A stretch of DNA of 64,000 nucleotides, from positions 62,001-126,000 of the forward strand of contig JAWMAR010000748.1 in assembly GCA_036785375.1 (NCBI GenBank). Direction: 5' to 3'. Within the stretch, counting starts at the first letter, position 1. Each line of letters begins with the position of its first letter. Below, one piece after another: positions 48,021 through 59,898 of the stretch. A program made the position numbers and the translations under genes. The notes under the pieces were generated by a model, which worked only from the letters and a program-made list of their open reading frames with translations, ran no database searches and was not told the origin of the DNA. The DNA is from Leucoraja ocellata (Eukaryota).

Positions 48021-50837
48021 GTAAATGTTGTATAACGTTAGTACCTCCACCAATGTAAAGCACTTTGGCCAACGAGAGTTGTTTTTTAAATGTGTTATAG
48101 AAATAAAAAGAGATCCCTGTAAATCTTTTCGATCCATGTACCTGTGCAAGGCCCATTCCAGACTGCTGAGGGACTCACTGAAGTTCTGCTCAGCAATTGC
48201 CAAAGCTCTGTGGTAGACGACCACAGTCTAGAGTCCTTCCACTGCTGGACATTGAGGAGCAGAGTCTGCTGGGGACACCAGGTCCCTACCTGATCGGAGA
48301 GGCAGCTTTTCTCCGGGCTGCAATTTCGATCTGTCCTCGCGGCCTACCAGCGGGCCTGGAGCGAGGTTTCCTGAGGGGACCGCCCAGAACCTCGGCTTTG
48401 GCGGCGGCATAGCGCTGGAGCGCTATCGCGGAGCGGGCAATGCCTTACCCGGGTCGCCGCGCTAGAGCTCCGGTGACCTGAAGACCGCCGATGAACATCG
48501 CTGAGCTGCGGGACTGTGGAGCGGCCAGTCGCAGGCGGCGGTGCTGACTTTAACATCGGGAGCCTGGGATCTCTCGCTGAGATCGCCAGTTGTGGAGCTC
48601 CATCCAGCGCGGCCTGTCGGCTTTGGAAGCCGCTGTCTGGAGTAAGGAGGCGGCCGTTCCAGGTGTCCCATGCCGCTGAGAGGATTCTCCCGACGCCGGA
48701 GCACCATCCCCCGGCGAGAACGGCCTGGAACATCAGGCCTCTGTAGCGGCGACTGCGGAGGCCTCAATAGGCCCGACTATGGGTGGACATGGGGATGGGA
48801 CTGGACTTAGTGCCTTCCCTCATAATGGAAACCATTGTGGGGGGATGTTTTTTATGTTACATTTCTTTATTATTGTCATGTTCGTATTCTTTTTTTTATG
48901 TGCTGCATTGGCAACAAGCATTTCACTACACCAATTGGTGTAGGTGACTAATTAAGAAACCTTTGAACCTTTGAACACCCATCAAACAGGTGAAGGGTTA
49001 TCACCTCCGGATCGCAAGATCCCAAGAAATTGCAGAAAATTGTGGACACAGCCCAGACCATGACACAAACCAACCTATCTTTCATTGATTCCATTTACCT
49101 CACGCTGCCTCGGCAAGGCCAGCAGCATAATCAAGGACAAGTGGCGCCCTGGATGAACCATCCTACCACAACTAGAGAGCAGGTCTGAACTGTTATTTTG
49201 ATCGGACTTTACTGGCTTTATCTTGCACTAAACGTTCTTCCTTAATCGTGTAGCTGTACACTGTGAATGGCTCGACTGTAATCATGTATTGTCTTTCCGC
49301 TGACAGGATAGCACACAACAAAAGCCTTTCACTGTACCTCGGTACACGTGACAATAAACTAAACTAAGGGGGCAACATGAGTGACAAGGATGTTTTATTT
49401 GAACATATGTGTGAACATTACTGATTATTGTGAATGTCTGAAGAGTTTAGTTTCCAGTTGCAGTAGGGAAAATGGTCCTTCAGTTCACCAAATCCATGCC
49501 GACCATCGATCATTCACTTACAGTTCTATTTTATCTCAGGCTCTCATCCACTCTACACACAAAGGGACAACTTACAAAGGCCCATAAACCTACAAACCTG
49601 CACGTCTTTGTGATGTGGGCGGAAACCGGAGCACCCGGAGGAAACCCCCAAGGTTACAGGGAGAACGTGCAAACTCCACACAGATAGCTCCCGAGGTTAG
49701 GATCGAACCCTCTCTGGCACAGCGAGGCAGGAGGAGGTAGTTGCGACAGGCACTATCGCAACATTTAAGCAGCATTTAGATAAGTACATGGATAGGAGAG
49801 CTTTAGAAGGAAAATGCTGGAGAAACTCAGCGGGTGAGGCAGCATCTATGGAGCGATGGAAATAGGCAACGTTTCGGGTTAAAACCCTTATTGGGGCAAA
49901 TGTAGGCAGGTAGGACCAGTGTAGATGGGACATGCTGGTGGGAGTGGGCACGTTGAGCTGAGGGACCTGTTTCTGCGCTGTATGACTCTGAATATAGTTA
50001 TAGCACCTGCTTTAACTTCCTTGTCTGGCAGCTCGTTTCATTTATCACCAAATAAGAAACTTATTTGAAGAGCTTGTTTAAAAATAATCAATTAAAGTGA
50101 CCATAATCAAAGGAGGGGAACATTTTATTACCCTCAATGCCAATGGCCAACTGATTAAAATGCTAGATAGTCACAAAAAGCTGGAGAAACTCAGCAGATC
50201 AGGCAACATCTCTGGAGAAAAGAAAAAGGAATAGGAAAATATTTCAGGTCGAGATCTTTCTTTGAGGGCCAGGGGGAAGGGGAACAAGAGATATAGATGG
50301 TGATATAGAGAGAAATCAGGCAAATGAATGAAAGATGTGCAAAAAAGTAACAAAGAACAAGGAAACAGACTAATGTTGCATGTGGGCTAGCTGTTACCAA
50401 GTTATACAGAAATGAAACTCAGTGAAACTAGTACAACAACTAGAGTGGGGGAGGGAAGGTTTACTTGAAACTAAAGAAATCAATATTTGTACTGCTGGGT
50501 TGTAAGCTGCCCAAGTGAAATATGAGGAGATGTTCCTCAAATTTGTGTGTGGCCCGGGACAGAAAGGTCAGTGTGGGAATGGGAGGGGGAGTTAAAGTGG
50601 GATCTACGAGAGATCACATAGGCCAAGACAAAGACAGACAAGACAAGACAAAGGTGTATGACCTTTGTCACACCTGACAAAGGTGTGTTCAGCGAAACGA
50701 TCGTCCAGTCTACATTTGGTCTCGCCAATGTATAAGAGTCCACACCTGATACAGTAGATGGGGTTGGAGGAGGTGCAAGTGAACCCGGTTCAGTAGATGG
50801 GGTTGGTGGGGGGTGCAAGTGAACCTGTTGCAGTAGA

Positions 50838-51990
50838 TAAAAGTGCTGGAAAAACTCAGCGGGTGTAGCAGCATTTATGGAGCGAAGGAAATAGGCAATG
50901 TTTCGGGCCGAAACCCTTCTTCAGACTGATGTAGGGTGCGGGGGACAGGACGGGGAGAAGAAAGGAAAAAGGAAGAGGAGCCCAAGGGCTGAGGGAGAGC
51001 TGAGAAAGGGAGGGGACAGCAAGGGCTACCGGTAATTGGTGAATTCAATATTTATGCCGCTAGGGTGCAGACTGCCCAAGCGGAATATGAGGTGCTGCTC
51101 CTCCAATTTCCGGTGGTGCTTACTCTGGCCAAGGAAGGTGGCCCAGGATAGGAGGTCGGATTCAGAATGGGATGGGGAATTGAAGTGCTGAGCCACAGGG
51201 AGATCAGGTTGGTTAATGCAGACCGAGCGGAGGTGTTCGGCGAAATGATCGGCAAGCCCATGCTTGGTCTCACCGATGTAGATCAGCGGACATCTAGAGC
51301 AGTGGATGCAATAGATGACACTGGAGGAAATGCAGGTGAACCTCTGTCGCACCTGGAATGACTGCTTGGGTCCTTGAATGGAGTCGAGGGGGGAGGTAAA
51401 GCAACAGGTGTAGCACCTCTTGCGGTTGCAAGGGAAAGTGCCCGGGGAAGGGGTGGTGCGGGAGGGAAGGGAAGAATTGACCAGGGAGTTACGGAGGGAG
51501 CGGTCTTTGCGGAAAGCAGACGGGGGGGGGGGGGGGGAGATGTGGCGAGTGGTGGGGTCACGTTGGAGATGGCGAAAATGACGGAGGGCTATATGTTGTA
51601 TGTGACGGCTAGTGGGGTGAAAGGTTAGGATTAGGGGTACTCTGCCCTTGTTACGAGTGGGGGGATGGGGAGAGAGAGCAGTGTTACGGGGTATTCAAGA
51701 GACCCTGGTGAGAGCCTCATATATAGTAGGGGAGGGGAACCCCCGTTCCCTGAAGAATGAGGACATTTCCGATGCCCTGGTGTGGAACACCTCATCCTGG
51801 GAGCAGATGCGGCGTAGACTGAGGAATTGGGAGTAGGGGATGAAGTCCTTACTGGAAGCAGGATGGGAAGAAGAGTAGTCTAGATAGCCCTGGGAGTCGG
51901 TGGGTTTATAGTGGATGTTGGTCAGAAGTCTATCACCTGCAATGGAGATAGTGAAGTCAAGAAATGGTAGGGAAGTGTCGGAAATGGTCT
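50838..51990 (-). mobile_element. Penelope-like element remnant: RT C-terminus, GIY-YIG endonuclease and 3' pLTR with hammerhead motif
   Basis: YKPTDSQGYLDYSSSHP...IPYSQFLSLRRICS (51700-51920), then FTCISSSVIYCIHC..CPLIYIGETK...FAEH...VAQHFN...EQHLIFRLG..HPSGIN (51026-51352), then CTGAAGAAGGGTTTCGGCCCGAAA. An inverted terminal tail follows at 51991-52035. Confidence 0.9.
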
Positions 51991-52036
51991 AGGTGTCTAC
52001 CTTCGATTTTTCAGCATCTGCAGTTCCTTCTTAAAT

Positions 52037-52236
52037 AACCTGTTGCAGTAGATGGGGTTGGATGAGGTGCAAGTGAACCTGGTGCAGTAGATGGGGTTGG
52101 ATGAGGTGCAAGTGAACCTGGTGCAGTAGATGGGGTTGGATGAGGTGCAAGTGAACCTGGTGCAGTAGATGGGGTTGGATGAGGTGCAAGTGAACCTGGT
52201 GCAGTAGATGGGGTTGGATGAAGTGCAAGTGAACCT
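52037..52236. repeat. 39-bp minisatellite, 5 copies, derived from Penelope endonuclease coding sequence
   Basis: Unit AACCTGGTGCAGTAGATGGGGTTGGATGAGGTGCAAGTG; the minus strand encodes RFTCTSSNPIYCT repeatedly. Confidence 0.9.
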
Positions 52237-52259
52237 CAGCCACACCTGTTGCTGTCCTT

Positions 52260-52517
52260 GGCTAGAACGCGACCAGACCATTGGTGGGCACGGTCCCTTT
52301 TATGCTAATATATCTCAAAGGGGCGGGCTGATCAATGCGATTGGTTGTCTGAGGCAGACGTCGCCCGCGGTGTTAAAGCGCTGCGCTGGCGGAGGGCGGC
52401 GCTGTGGAGTGGAGGCAGGAAGCCGGAGACAAGCACAGTCCTGTCCCGTCTGCTCCAGGTGGCCGGTTCGATCCCCGCATTTCCTTCCCGTCCGCCCGCG
52501 GAACTCGCCCCTTTGCC
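52260..52517 (+). promoter_or_regulatory. CpG-island promoter/5'UTR of the GNS-like gene
   Basis: CpG-rich; reverse CCAAT boxes (ATTGG at 52280 and 52340) and a GC box GGGCGGG near 52321; directly upstream of the ATG. Confidence 0.65.
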
Positions 52518-52649
52518 ATGAAGCTGAAGCTGAACCTGGCAGCCTTTCTGCTGCTGCTGCTGGCGGCGTGCTGCGGCTCGGGCCGCTGCGCCGGGAGGAA
52601 CATCGTGCTGATACTGGTGGACGATCAGGACGTGGAGCTGGGAGGAATG
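52518..52649 (+). CDS. First coding exon of an N-acetylglucosamine-6-sulfatase-like (GNS/SULF family) sulfatase; later exons not found in the window
   Basis: gccATG; signal peptide MKLKLNLAAFLLLLLAACCGSG followed by the sulfatase N-terminal strand RNIVLILVDDQDVELGGM; phase-0 donor ATG|GTAGGT after GGM, the position of the first intron in GNS; lies in a CpG island. Confidence 0.8.
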
Positions 52650-55600
52650 GTAGGTAGGTAGGTGGGTGGGTGGTGCCAGGTGGAACACGCCTCTCCTCGG
52701 GGCAGCTGCAACTTCAGCCCCAGGCAACTCAGCTAGGCGCCGAGGCTTGCAAGGAGAGGGGCGGCGAGAGTGGGACAGCCAGGAGACGTTACGGGACGGG
52801 ACCCCTTGGTGGGACACCCACAGTCCCAGTCCCTTCTCCCTCCACGGGTGAAGCGCCCTGGTTGGTTTCGTAATTCACACAGAGGGGGTTTATACACCGT
52901 CCAGATGGCAGCTTGTCAAACCTCCCAGATCAACATTAACGCACTTTACAGGAAAAAAAAGTTTCAGCAAAACACAAACGTTTTAGAGGAACTCTGGAGG
53001 TCGGGCAGCATCTGTGGAGAGGAGTGGACAGGCCACCTTTCAGGTCGGGACCCTTGAGACTCTGGCATCTGCAGTTCCTTGTGTCTGCTGACACGTTTCC
53101 AGGTTTATTGAACCGGGCGGTATTTACCTGAGCCACTACTATGTTTTCTCCTGTGCAGGATGTTGCCCGGACTCGAGGGCCTGAGCTATTGGGAGAGGGT
53201 GAGCAAGCGAGGACTCTATCCTTTGGAGTACAGGAGGATGAGGGGATGATCTTAGAGGTGTGCAAAATCAGGAGAGGTATAGATTGGGTAGATGCACAGA
53301 GTCTCTTTCCCACAGTAGGGGAATCGAGAACCTGGGGTGAAGATTTAATAGGAGCACAAGGGGTAACCTTTTTACACAAAGGTGTATGGAACGGGTTGCT
53401 GGAGGAGGCAGTTAAGACAGGTTTGCATAGGACAGGTATAGAGGAATGTGGGCCAAATGCAGGCAGGTGGGACCAGTGCAGATGGGACATGTTGGGCTGA
53501 AGGGCTTGTTTCCACACTGTATGACTCTAAAGTGCTGCCTCGCCCTGCACTTCCAAAAAGTTTAAAAAGTTTTTGTTTTAACTGTTCTAACTGGCCGATA
53601 CCTAATTGTTAGGTTGCGAAGATAGGTGCACAATGCCGGAGCAACTCAGCGGGACAGACAACATCTCTGGATAGAAGGAATGGGTGATGTTTCAGGTCGA
53701 GACCCTTCTTCAGACTGAGACAAAGTCTGAGACTGAGGGCAAATCTGAGCAGAGAAATGAAACCATGTCAGAAGTAGGGTCTCGACCTGAAACATCACTC
53801 ATTCTTTTCTCCAGAGATGCTGCCTGTCCCGCTGAGTTACTCCAGCTTTTTATGTCTTATCTTCGAAATGAAACATTAAACTGAGCGTGAGCTTGTAATT
53901 TAGAAGAGACGGGCAGTGAGGAAAAAGGATGGCTGTTGGTGGCACTGGTACAAAAGTCGGGGAGGGTTTTGGCTCAGCAGATCATGGTGTGGAATCAATT
54001 TCGAGTTAAGGAGAACACAGAATACGTTGGCAGTGGTTGTTTATAGGCCACTGAATAGTGGTTATAATGTTGAGCACATACCAAACCAGAGATTCTGATG
54101 TAAACAAAGGAAACTAAATATTAATAGGTCACAAGGAAAATAAATATCAAAAAGGGGGGCATGGTGGGACTGCAGTAGAGTCGCTGCCTCACAGCGCCAG
54201 AGACCAGGGTTCGATCCCGATTACGGGTGCTGTCTGTACGGAGTTTGTATGGTCTCCCTGTAACAGTGTGGGTTTTCTCCGAGACCTTCGCTTTCCTCCC
54301 ACACTCCAAAGGTTTGTAAGTTCATTGGCTTGGTATAAATTTAATTTGTCCCTCGTCTGTGCAGGATAGTGTTAATGTGCGGGGATCGCTCATCGGTGTG
54401 GACTCGGTGAGCTGAAGGGCCTGTTTCCGTGCTGTATCTCTGAACTAAAACAAAACACACCAGGTGCTGGAGGTCAGGCAGCATCTCTGGGGACCGTGGA
54501 TAGGTGACATTTTATGACAATAGACAACGGGTGCAGGAGTAGGCCATTCAGCCCTTCGAGCCAGCACCGATCATCAATCAATGTGATCATGGCTGATCAT
54601 CCCCAATCAGTACCCCGTTCCTGCCTTCTCCCCATATCCCCTGACTCTGCAGTCTTTAAGAGCCCTATCTAGCTCACTGTTGAAAGTATCTGGAGAACCA
54701 GCCTCCACCGCCCTCTGAGGCAGAGAATTCCACACACTCGCAACTCTCTGTGTGGAAAAAGTGTTTCCTCGTCTCCGTTCTAAATGGCTTGCCCCTTATT
54801 CTTAAACTGTGGCCCCTGGTTCTGGATCTCCCACTTCCCCCATTTTGAACTGGCACCCTTCTTGAAAACAAATATATTAAGGACATGTTAACAATGGTAG
54901 GTTAGGCCACTGTATTAAATTGCCTGGCAAAAGCTGCCAGTTACATTGACACCACATATTCTGCCACAAATGTACATTCCTTTATGACATGGTATGAAAA
55001 GTGGGTCAACTGTAGATTACAGGGGAAAAAACCTATCACATTAAAAAGGCTTAATATAAGTTGCAAAAAAAGGTTGTTAGCCGAAGGATTGTGTTTTGGA
55101 ATTTGACAAAGGATCAGGACTGGACGGGCTGCAGCCTTAATCACAGCCCTGCTGATGGTGGTACGGTGGTGCAGCTGGTAGCAACTTAAGTTCGATCCTG
55201 ACCTCTGATGTTTCTTGTGTGGAGTTGGCACGTTCTCCCTGTGACTGTGGGTTTCTTCTGGGTCGTCCAGTTTCTTCCCACATAGCAAAGACTTGCAGGT
55301 TTGTAGGTTAATTAGCATCTGGAAATTGCCTCAAAGTTTATAAGGTATAGGAGCAGAATTAGGCCATTCAGCCCATCAAGTCTACTCCATTCATTTGTGG
55401 CTGATCTATCTTTTTCTCTCAACCCCATTCTCCTGCCTTCTCCCGTAACCCCTGACACCTGTACTAATCAAAAATCTGTCTATCTCTGCCTTAAAAAATA
55501 TCCATTGACTTGGCCTCCACAGCCTTTTGTGGCAAAGAATTCCACAGATTCACCATCTTCTGACTAATAAATTCCACCTCATCTCCTTTATAAAGGTACA

Positions 55601-56869
55601 TCCTTTATTCTGAGGCTGTGCCCTCTGGTCCTAGTCTCTTTACATTCACTCTATCCAGGCCTTCACTATTCAATAGGTTTCAATGAGGTCCCCTGTTGTA
55701 CTTCTAAACTCCAGCGAGTGCAGGCCCAATGTCATCTAACGCTCATCGTATGTTAAAGTTATTGATCCTGCGATCATTCTTGTAAACTTCCTCTGAACCA
55801 TCTCCAGAGCCAGCACAGCATACCTCAGATGTGGGGCCCAAAATTGCTCACAATATTCCAAATAGTGTAAAAGGAATGGATGAGAAAGTGGGATAAGATA
55901 GAGCGTGGTGGTGGTTGATGGTTGGTGTGGGACGTAGGGTGTGTTTCTGTGCTGTATCAATTCAAATCTGTAAATTGACTGAGGAAACCAGAGTGAGAGT
56001 AAACTAACCTAAAGCTTATAAAAACAGGTTTTAAGAGCTTCAACAGAACTGAAAAAGGATAAAACTTGTAAGCGTAAGACAGATATTTACCGTATACCTT
56101 ATGGACAACTCAGGAATAGGTCCTTTGACTCGCGATAGGCGGTAGGCTGTTGGAAGGAAGTCTGATTTATTGTATTCACTGTAATTTAGAAGGATGAGAC
56201 GGGATCGTATCGAAACATAACATTCTTAAGGGATTGTGCAGGCTAGATGCAGGAAAAATGTTCCCGATGTTGGGGGAATCAAGAACTAGGAGTCACAGTT
56301 TAAGAATAAGGGGTTGGCCATTTAACACTGAGATGAGGAAAAACGTTTTCACTCGGAGAGTTGTGAATCTGTGGAATTCTCTGCCACAGAAGGCAGTGGA
56401 GGCCAATTCACTGGATGTATTCGAGAGAGAGTTAGATTTAGCTCTTGGGGCTAACGGAATCAAGGGATATGGGGAGAAATCGGCAACGGGGTACTGATTT
56501 TGGATGATCAGCCATGATCATATTGAATGGCGGTGCTAGCTCGAAGGGCCGAATGGCCTACTCCTGGACCTATTTTAATGTTTTTGTTGTTCAAGATGTT
56601 CTGCAGTTTGGGGAGCATCCTCCCCTCCCAAGACCACCTCCAGTGGCCTGTTGCAATGAATGGTCCAACCTGTGATATTAAACTGATTGAAATCTCAGCA
56701 CCGACCAGTTGCCTCTCTGCCTGGGCATGTGGTGAAAAGTAACCGTGTTTAATAACATCTAGTGCGGAGCGCTCCCAGTATTGTGCGGTGCCACCCCACC
56801 GGGGCCCCACCTGTAATCGAACCCCTGGCAGCCGGGGGTCGGGTCACGAGACTGGGTAATGGCGGGAAG

Positions 56870-57248
56870 CAAAGATCCTATACCGAGCAAGATAGTCCAC
56901 TCGACGAAAAAGATTCATGGGCAGATTCATGTGTAATTTTAGGCCCCATTTCCGTAACCGGCTTCCGTCTCCGCACCAAAGATCCCATAGGATACTAGTG
57001 CGGAGACGGAAGCCGGTTACGGAAACATCCTCGTAAAAATAAAAGCTATTTGGTAAAAATCTTCTCATTTTCAGAATTTTTAATTTATTAACACAAACTG
57101 TTCCCCTACAACGTTGATTACACTGCGGGTCGGGTCCGGTTACGGAAATGGATGAAAAAAAGGCCCACGTTCCGCTCCGTTGCGTACTACACGAACGGCC
57201 ATTGCATTTAGCGGGAGAGGTCTATCTTGCTCCGGTATAGGATCTTTG
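56870..57248. mobile_element. Second copy of the CAAAGATCC MITE
   Basis: Same TIRs; perfect 8-bp TSD GCGGGAAG (56862-56869, 57249-57256). Confidence 0.88.
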
Positions 57249-58844
57249 GCGGGAAGCAGTTGTCATGCGGTTTAGAGGTGTGCCCTTGTATAAGTATGGA
57301 GACCTGGGTCAGACCCCCCCCCCTTCTTTGTTTTCACCTCGCATGGCTCGTTTAATCGCCCGCCATAATTGTGTGGTTTTCACACTATGTCCACAAGCTG
57401 TCTTGCTGTCTTCTAAATATGGGCATTACAGCACCCAACACAAGTCGTACAAGCCCCGCTTCTCTGCCTCTTAAAGTCTGCCCTAAGACATGTGGTTACC
57501 TCTGAGTGAATGCTAGCCAGTGAAAATGTGACTGCACTCTGAACAACTGAGTCTTGTGCGTTGGAAGGAACTATGGACACTGGTTTGAACCGAAGACGGA
57601 CACAAAATGCTGGAGTAATTTAGCCAGTCAGACAGCATATCTAGAGAAAAGGAATATGTGACGTTTGGGGTCGAGACCTTTCTTGAGACTGAGAGTCGGG
57701 CGAAAGGGAAATGAGAGATATAGACTGTGATGTAGAGAGGTATAGAACAAATGAATGAAAGATATGCAAAAAAAGTAACGATGATAAAGGAAATGGGTCA
57801 TTGGTAGCTGTGGGCTAGGTGAGAACGAGTACAGACAACTTTGAAGCTGGTGTGATTTGGAAGGGGGAGGGATAGAGAGAGATGGAATGCACGGATTACT
57901 TGAAGTTGGAGAAATCCATATTCATCATCCCACTGGGTTGAAAGCTTGTGTCCTGGGAGAGACATGACTAAACTGCGAAGAAGGATTTAGGCCCGAAACG
58001 TTGCCTATTTCCTTCGCTCCATAGATGCTGCTGCACCCGCTGAGTTTCTCCAGCACTTTTGTCTAACTTCTCACTAAACTGAAGGGCTGGCATTTTCTTG
58101 CACCTTCTTGAGAAACAAGAAAATGGGTGCCGGAGTAGGCTCACAAAAATGCTGGAGAAACTCAGCGGGTGCAGCAGCATCTATGGAGAAAAGGAAATGG
58201 GTAACGTTTCGGGCTGAAACCCTTCTTCAGACTGATAGGGGGTGGGGGGTGCAGGAGTAGGCTGTTCAGCCCTTCGAGCCAGCACGGCCATTCAATATGA
58301 TCATGGCTGATCATCTGAAATCAATACCTCGTACCATAAGACAAGGTGATGTGGTATTGTTGACTTTTGCAAATGATGCATTGACCCTGACTAGAAATGA
58401 TATCCAAATGATTTGTTTGTGTATGAAAATGGCCTTGTGACATTCTCCGAACTGAAGGCCAGTCAGCGTGTCATTCAGCCTTATAGTTTCATTTCCTATC
58501 TGTAACCCGAGGTTTTTCTCGTGGATGTTCAGTCTGGAGATAGTGTTGCTTTGGGGGAAGTGGACGTGCTGCTGGGACGGGGTGCAACACGTACCTTCCG
58601 CGTGGCAGTCATCTGTTCTGGCTGAACGTATCCGCCCGCACATGAGTGTGGTCAGGGGTTTGAGTGTCATTGGAGCCTCACCTGACTGACTGACTGACTG
58701 ACACTCCCATGCACCACTGTCAATCCTGGATTGGCAAAACAAATGTTAAAGTCAAGAGTTTTAGTGTCATATGTACCAGATAGAACAATGAAATTATTAC
58801 TTGCAGCAGCACAACAGAATATGTAAATATAGTACGCTGTAAAC

Positions 58845-59000
58845 CAGGGGCCGGCAACGTACGCCCCCCCCGGGCCGAATACGGCCCGTAACACAATCAT
58901 CTGGCCCGCTGCTGGATTTTTTTCCCCGTAATCATCCGGCCCGACGAGCACCACGAGCAGCAGCCGAGCGCATTGAGCAGCGGCCTAGCGCCGAGCTCTG
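58845..59000 (+). mobile_element. hAT-like transposon end fragment
   Basis: Begins CAGGGGCCGGCAAC followed by GGCCCG/CGGGCC subterminal motifs; the other end was not found. Confidence 0.5.
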
Positions 59001-59197
59001 GCTACACCACATCCATGTTTAAGAAAGAACTGCAGATGCTGGAAAAAAATCGAAGGTGGACAAAAGTGCTGGAGAAACTCAGCGGGTGAGACATGCAAGG
59101 ATTGCATGAGGTTGCCTCACCCGCTGAGTTTTGTCTACCTTCTGTGAACACGTGATTTGATGCCTGCCATCTGGGGTGGGATCCATGTGTACACATG

Positions 59198-59898
59198 ATA
59201 GAAACATAGAAAATAGGTGCAGGAGTAGGCCATTCTGCCCTTCGAGCCTGCACCGCCATTCAATATGATCATGGCTGATCATCCAACTCGGTATCCTGTA
59301 CCTGCCTTCTCTCCATACCCCCTGACCCCTTTAGCCACAAGGGCCACATCTAACTCCCTCTTAAATATAGCCAATTAACTGGCCTCAACTACCTTCTGCG
59401 GGAGAGAATTCCAGAGATTCACCACTCTGTGTGAAAAAAGTTTTCATCATCTCAGTCCTAAAATATTTCCCCCTTATCCTTAAACTGGGACCCCTTGTTC
59501 TGGACTTCCCCAACATCGGGAACAATCTTCCTGCATCTAGCCTGTCCAACCCATTAAGAATTTTGTAAGTTTCTATAAGATCCCCCCTCAATCTTCTAAA
59601 TTCTAGTGAGTACAAACTGAGTCTATCCAGTCTTCATATGAAAGTCCTGACATCCCAGGAATCAGTCTGGTGAACCTTCTCTGTACTCCCTCTATGGCAA
59701 GAATGTCTTTCCTCAGATTAGGAGACCAAAACTGTACGCAATACTCCAAGTGTGGTCTCACCAAGACCCTGTACAACTGCAGTAGAACCTCCCTGCTCCT
59801 ATACTCAAATCTTTTTGCTATGAATGCTAACATACCATTCGCCGCCTTCACTGCCTGCAGCACCTACTTTCAATGAATGGTGTACCATGACACCCAGA
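59198..59898 (-). mobile_element. CR1 LINE 3' fragment
   Basis: ANGMLAFIAKRFEYRSREVLLQLYRVLVRPHLEYCVQFWSP; near-identical to the copies at 9853 and 17158. Confidence 0.88.

Noticed and set aside
52037-52236. CRISPR-like array or His-rich repeat protein (ORFs 51997-52281, 52031-52243)
   Set aside because: Tandem units have no unique spacers, the context is eukaryotic, and the unit derives from Penelope coding sequence.
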